Shown here: positions 60,267-64,000 of the stretch, in pieces | How positions within the stretch are numbered: position 1 is the first letter of the stretch | Layout of the letters: each line of letters opens with the position of its first letter | Source: Clostridia bacterium | Lineage (GTDB): Bacteria; Bacillota; Clostridia; UMGS1883; UMGS1540 | Direction: 5' to 3' | Length of the DNA stretch: 64,000 bases | NCBI GenBank assembly: GCA_045535515.1 | Contig: JAZSLT010000016.1 | Coordinates: 83,802 to 147,801 of the forward strand | Made by a program: the position numbers and the translations under genes | The notes under the pieces: generated by a model | Databases searched by the model: none | What the model was told of the DNA's origin: nothing | What the model saw: the letters and a program-made list of their open reading frames with translations, nothing else

Positions 60267-62171
60267 ATGGAAAAGAAACCGTTTACGCCGTATATTCCGG
60301 CCGAAAAAATCACACCGGAAACTACGGTAACCTCTATCATCATGGGTATTATTCTGGCGGTTGTATTCGGTGCCGCGAACGCCTACTTAGGCCTTCGCGT
60401 GGGGATGACCGTTTCCGCATCCATACCGGCGGCCGTTATCGCGATGGGTGTTATCCGTGTTCTGATGCGGAAGAACTCTATTTTGGAGAGCAATCTGGTG
60501 CAGACCATCGGCTCCGCCGGTGAATCCCTTGCGGCCGGTGCTATCTTTACGCTGCCGGCGCTCTTTTTGTGGGCGGCCGAGGGCAAGACTGCGAACCCCG
60601 GGATTTTGGAAATCACCATTATCGCCCTTATCGGTGGTCTTTTAGGCGTATTTTTCATGGTACCCCTCAGAAACGCCCTCATCGTAAAAGAACATGGCAT
60701 CCTGCCGTACCCCGAAGGGACGGCGTGTGCCGAGGTGCTTTTGGCCGGCGAAAAAGGCGGCGCGAACGCCTCCACCGTATTTGCCGGTATGGGCTTTGCC
60801 GCTCTTTTCAAGTTTATTATTGACGGTCTTCGTCTCGTAGCCGGTGAAATTTCCGTTACCATAAAAGGCTTTGCCGGCACAATCGGAACACAGATTTATC
60901 CGGCCGTTATGAGCGTTGGCTATATCTGCGGCGCGAAGATTTCTTCGTATATGTTCGCCGGCGGCCTTTTCAGCTGGCTGGTGCTTATCCCGATGATTGT
61001 GTTGTTTGGCGAAAACATCATTCTGTATCCCGGCACAACCACCATCGGGGAGATGTACGCTGCAGGCGGAGCCGGTACTATCTGGGGAACTTATATACGG
61101 TATATCGGCGCCGGTGCCCTGGCGGCCGGTGGTATTATCAGCCTTATAAAATCCCTGCCGCTGATTATCAAAACCTTTGCCGGCGCTATCCAGAGCGTGG
61201 CGGGCGGACGGGAAAAGACAACGGCGCGCACCGAAACGGATATCAGCCTTAAGGTGGTGCTTGGTGCCATTATTCTCCTTACCCTTTTGGTGTGGCTGGT
61301 GCCGGCAATCCCCGTAAATCCCTTGGGTGCCTGTGTGGTTGTGGTTTTTGGTTTCTTTTTTGCCACCGTATCCTCGCGTATGGTCGGTCTTGTAGGCAGC
61401 AGCAATAACCCTGTATCCGGCATGGCGATTGCCACGCTCCTGATTGCCACCCTTCTTCTGAAGTTTACAGGCAGTACAGGCATAGCCGGCATGACAAGCG
61501 CGATTGCCATCGGCTCCATTATCTGTATTGTTTCGGCTATTGCCGGTGATACCTCGCAGGACCTTAAAACGGGCTACCTTTTAGGCGCTACGCCGAAAAA
61601 GCAGCAGATAGGGGAAATCCTCGGCGTTATCGCCGCGGCGCTTGCTATTGGCGGCACCTTGTATCTTCTCGATAGTGCTTGGGGCTTTGGAACAGACGAA
61701 CTGGCGGCACCGCAGGCGATGCTGATGAAACTGATTATCGAAGGCGTTATGGAAGGAAACCTCCCGTGGACGCTGGTGCTGATTGGCGTATGTATTGCCA
61801 TCGCCGTAGAAGTGGTCGGTATTCCGGTTCTGCCCTTTGCGATTGGTGTGTATCTGCCTGTACAGCTCAACGCCTGCATTATGGTAGGAGGACTTGTGCG
61901 TCTCGGCATAGAGAAATCAAAGAAGAGCGCAGAAGAAAAGGAAAAAGCATTAAACCGCGGAACGCTCTTTTGTTCCGGTATGATTGCCGGTGAAGGCCTT
62001 GTGGGTATTGCGCTGGCGCTCCTTGCCGTAGTCGGCGTAGATAAAATGCTCGATTTATCGGCGAAGTTGGCTATTCCGACGGCAGTATCCGAAATTGGCG
62101 GTCTTCTCCTGTTTGCCGTTATTATTCTGACCGTTTTGAAATTCTCCCTGCAAAAGAAAAGAGAGAAATAA
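60267..62171 (+). CDS. OPT-family oligopeptide transporter
   Basis: At least 14 TM helices; the N-terminal region has typical OPT-family features; start uncertain (60201, 60237 or 60267). Confidence 0.75.
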   Translation: MEKKPFTPYIPAEKITPETTVTSIIMGIILAVVFGAANAYLGLRVGMTVSASIPAAVIAMGVIRVLMRKNSILESNLVQTIGSAGESLAAGAIFTLPALFLWAAEGKTANPGILEITIIALIGGLLGVFFMVPLRNALIVKEHGILPYPEGTACAEVLLAGEKGGANASTVFAGMGFAALFKFIIDGLRLVAGEISVTIKGFAGTIGTQIYPAVMSVGYICGAKISSYMFAGGLFSWLVLIPMIVLFGENIILYPGTTTIGEMYAAGGAGTIWGTYIRYIGAGALAAGGIISLIKSLPLIIKTFAGAIQSVAGGREKTTARTETDISLKVVLGAIILLTLLVWLVPAIPVNPLGACVVVVFGFFFATVSSRMVGLVGSSNNPVSGMAIATLLIATLLLKFTGSTGIAGMTSAIAIGSIICIVSAIAGDTSQDLKTGYLLGATPKKQQIGEILGVIAAALAIGGTLYLLDSAWGFGTDELAAPQAMLMKLIIEGVMEGNLPWTLVLIGVCIAIAVEVVGIPVLPFAIGVYLPVQLNACIMVGGLVRLGIEKSKKSAEEKEKALNRGTLFCSGMIAGEGLVGIALALLAVVGVDKMLDLSAKLAIPTAVSEIGGLLLFAVIILTVLKFSLQKKREK

Positions 62172-62506
62172 TGAAAAAAGCAGAAAATTATCTGGAAAGA
62201 AAACCGATGCCCGCAAAAACGATTTCCTGGAAGGTAGAGGAAGAAAAGGTCACCATATCAGTAGAAAATCGCGGCATGTGGAACAGAATTTTGCAAAAAC
62301 TCCTCGCGAGGCCGAAGATAAGCTACATTCATCTGGATACATTCGGCAGCTTCGTTTTCCGGGAGATGGACGGCGAGAAAACGATTTTAGAGATTGGAGA
62401 AAGGGTGGAAGCCGTTTTCGGGGAAGAGGCCAATCCGCTGTATGAAAGACTGGCCACCTTTTGCGCAAGACTGGAAAGCTATGGGTTTATTTCTTTCACC
62501 GACTAA
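62171..62506 (+). CDS. PqqD-family (RRE-like) small protein
   Basis: 111 aa; ...FVFREMDGEKTILEIGERVEAVFG...YERLATFCARLESYGFISF matches the PqqD pattern; its start overlaps the OPT stop (TAATG). Confidence 0.6.
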   Translation: MKKAENYLERKPMPAKTISWKVEEEKVTISVENRGMWNRILQKLLARPKISYIHLDTFGSFVFREMDGEKTILEIGERVEAVFGEEANPLYERLATFCARLESYGFISFTD

Positions 62507-62519
62507 TAAGAATTTCGGA

Positions 62520-62556
62520 GTCTGTAAAGGGAAACTTTACAGACCCTTTCTTTTTT
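62520..62556 (+). terminator. rho-independent terminator
   Basis: GTCTGTAAAG-ggaa-ACTTTACAGAC followed by CCTTTCTTTTTT. Confidence 0.65.
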
Positions 62557-62557
62557 G

Positions 62558-62583
62558 ACCCTATAACTTTATTTTCTGTGGAA
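62558..62583 (+). repeat. left 26-bp terminal inverted repeat
   Basis: See the cassette entry. Confidence 0.6.
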
Positions 62584-62704
62584 CGGACTTTTCGCCCTAA
62601 TCTCAAAGAGATTTTGAAGTTATATGTAATTAATTACAAAAAGTTGATTGTGTTGACTAAAACCATTAAAAATGATAATATAAATTGCAAGAAAGCACTA
62701 TCAA

Positions 62705-62735
62705 GAGCCTCCCTTGTGTAAAGGGAGGTGGGCTC
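62705..62735 (+). repeat. hairpin (CCTCCCTT-GTGTA-AAGGGAGG); inverted copy of the terminator hairpin at 63130-63158
   Basis: The two 19-mers CTCCCTTGTGTAAAGGGAG and CTCCCTTTACACAAGGGAG are exact reverse complements and flank the DUF559 CDS. Confidence 0.5.
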
Positions 62736-62758
62736 TAAAGCAACTCGGAGGGATTGTA

Positions 62759-63127
62759 ATGGATTATAAACACAATAAAGGAATTGTACCACTTGCAAAA
62801 GCACTACGAAAAAATATGACAAAAGAAGAAAAGCACCTTTGGTATGACTACTTAAGACAATACCCTATTAGGTTTATAAGACAGAAAGTTATAGGAAAAT
62901 ATATTGTTGATTTTTACTGTGCCAAAGCAAAGCTTGTTATCGAATTAGATGGCTCACAACATTATGATAATAAAGAAATGGAAAAGGATGCTTTGAGAAC
63001 AGAGTTTTTAGAACAATATGGATTAAAAGTTATAAGAATATCAAATCTTGATATAAGTAAAAACTTCGAGGGAGTATGTATATTTATTGATAATGAAGTC
63101 AAGCAATCCCTCAGTCAACTTCGTTGA
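62759..63127 (+). CDS. DUF559 endonuclease-domain protein (Vsr/REase-like fold)
   Basis: 122 aa from MDYKHNKG...; YIVDFYCAKAKLVIELDGSQH is characteristic of DUF559; RBS GGAGGG; low GC. Confidence 0.65.
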   Translation: MDYKHNKGIVPLAKALRKNMTKEEKHLWYDYLRQYPIRFIRQKVIGKYIVDFYCAKAKLVIELDGSQHYDNKEMEKDALRTEFLEQYGLKVIRISNLDISKNFEGVCIFIDNEVKQSLSQLR

Positions 63128-63129
63128 CA

Positions 63130-63158
63130 GCTCCCTTTACACAAGGGAGCCTTTTTTA
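63130..63158 (+). terminator. rho-independent terminator (inverted copy of the 62705 hairpin)
   Basis: GCTCCCTT-TACAC-AAGGGAGC followed by CTTTTTT. Confidence 0.65.
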
Positions 63159-63434
63159 TAAGTGTCATTTATAAGTGTCGGAAAATTGCGGAAGATTCTC
63201 CAACCGCACTTTTTTATTGATTTTACCCCCTAAAAAGCATAGTTTTTTAGAAAAATTAATAAGCAAATATATAAAAGTGTTGTTTTTTTCCTTCTTCGGG
63301 GATATCCACCAGAAGGAGATAACCCGAGCAGGGCACTTTGCTGCAAATGCAGTAAACCCATTGACGGAACACAAGATAAATGTTATACTATATATAGAAA
63401 ATATTTCAAATATTATATAAAGTGGAGTAAATAT

Positions 63435-63839
63435 ATGAAGATAGAATATAAAAATATTCATAATTTTAATTGTAGTGAATTGGAGAGATTATTTCTCTCT
63501 GTTGAGTGGTCTTCAGGTCATTTCCCCGAAAAACTTGTTGTTGCAATGAAAAACTTTAATACAGTTTATTCTGCTTGGGACGGGGATAAATTAGTGGGAA
63601 TGATATGTGTTATGGATGACGGGATAATGAATGCTTATGTTCATTATCTACTTGTTGACCCTGAATATCATAAGAAAACTATTGGCAGAACATTGGTTGA
63701 TATGGTAAAGCAAAAGTATAAAGAATATATGCGTATCATAGTGATTGCTTATGATAGTGAGCAACATTTCTATAATGCTTGTGGATTTGAAAAAAGTAAT
63801 CAATCTTCACCAATGTTTATAACAACCTTGTGGACATAA
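63435..63839 (+). CDS. GNAT-family N-acetyltransferase
   Basis: 134 aa; acetyl-CoA motif VDPEYHKKTIGRTLV; low GC. Confidence 0.7.
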   Translation: MKIEYKNIHNFNCSELERLFLSVEWSSGHFPEKLVVAMKNFNTVYSAWDGDKLVGMICVMDDGIMNAYVHYLLVDPEYHKKTIGRTLVDMVKQKYKEYMRIIVIAYDSEQHFYNACGFEKSNQSSPMFITTLWT

Positions 63840-63857
63840 CCCTATAAGTTATTGTAA

Positions 63858-63890
63858 AAGGATAAAGTTAAGTGCTTTATCCTTTTTTAT
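63858..63890 (+). terminator. rho-independent terminator
   Basis: AAGGATAAAG-ttaagtg-CTTTATCCTT followed by TTTT. Confidence 0.65.
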
Positions 63891-63942
63891 TTTGCAGAAT
63901 ACAAAAGTGCTATTTTTATGCGAAATCTCAACAAAAAAATTA

Positions 63943-63968
63943 TTCCACAGAAAATAAAGTTATAGGGT
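63943..63968 (-). repeat. right 26-bp terminal inverted repeat
   Basis: Exact reverse complement of 62558-62583. Confidence 0.6.
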
Positions 63969-64000
63969 TTTGACAGGGAAATTGACGAGACGGGATTTTT

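Larger units (their letters stand above)
62558..63968. mobile_element. candidate 1.4-kb AT-rich insertion cassette bounded by perfect 26-bp inverted repeats (no transposase inside)
   Basis: ACCCTATAACTTTATTTTCTGTGGAA at 62558-62583 is the exact reverse complement of 63943-63968; the interior is markedly lower in GC and carries the DUF559 and GNAT genes. Confidence 0.4.

Overview
This window looks like a 64-kb chromosomal segment of a moderately high-GC Firmicute, probably a Clostridia or Oscillospiraceae-type genome. Most of it is tightly packed core housekeeping genes, read from the sequence and the ORF track only; no database searches were run. Minus-strand block 1: hup, mazG, a MurJ/SpoVB-family flippase, recO, a small yqzL-like ORF, era, rodA, a PHP phosphoesterase, a 480-aa hypothetical and an XRE-cupin regulator. 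Then groES-groEL on the plus strand, preceded by a textbook CIRCE operator. Minus-strand block 2: a 392-aa hypothetical, smc, degV, ricT/yaaT, holB, darA, a 2-hydroxyacid dehydrogenase and a metallophosphoesterase. Plus-strand block: ruvX, DUF1292, a GC-rich structured leader, a polytopic membrane protein, an SLH-domain surface protein, asd, dapA, dapB, efp, an acidic zinc-ribbon protein, two sugar ABC permeases, a ClpE-like AAA+ ATPase, a 56-aa ferredoxin not in the ORF track, a TrmN6-like methyltransferase, rsmI, ddl, DUF1934, argS, ctp, ispG, polC, a TetR regulator and an SSS sodium/solute symporter. The convergent minus-strand block is gpsA, plsY, der, DUF512, smpB, rnr, secG. The most unusual content is at the right end. 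A lower-GC single gene encodes a giant protein of about 1,420 to 1,476 aa with four LPT[AT] motifs, a zincin HExxH motif and a possible ADP-ribosyltransferase-like segment; it sits between secG and a peptide-uptake operon (histidine phosphatase, pepD, OPT transporter, PqqD-like protein). After that comes a 1.4-kb AT-rich cassette bounded by perfect 26-bp inverted repeats that carries a hairpin-flanked DUF559 endonuclease-like gene and a GNAT acetyltransferase. Other points worth a second look are the Rossmann-like (possibly CARF) plus PD-(D/E)xK-like hypothetical translationally coupled to smc, the structured RNA-like leader, and the XRE-cupin-regulated hypothetical. No rRNA, tRNA or CRISPR array was seen.
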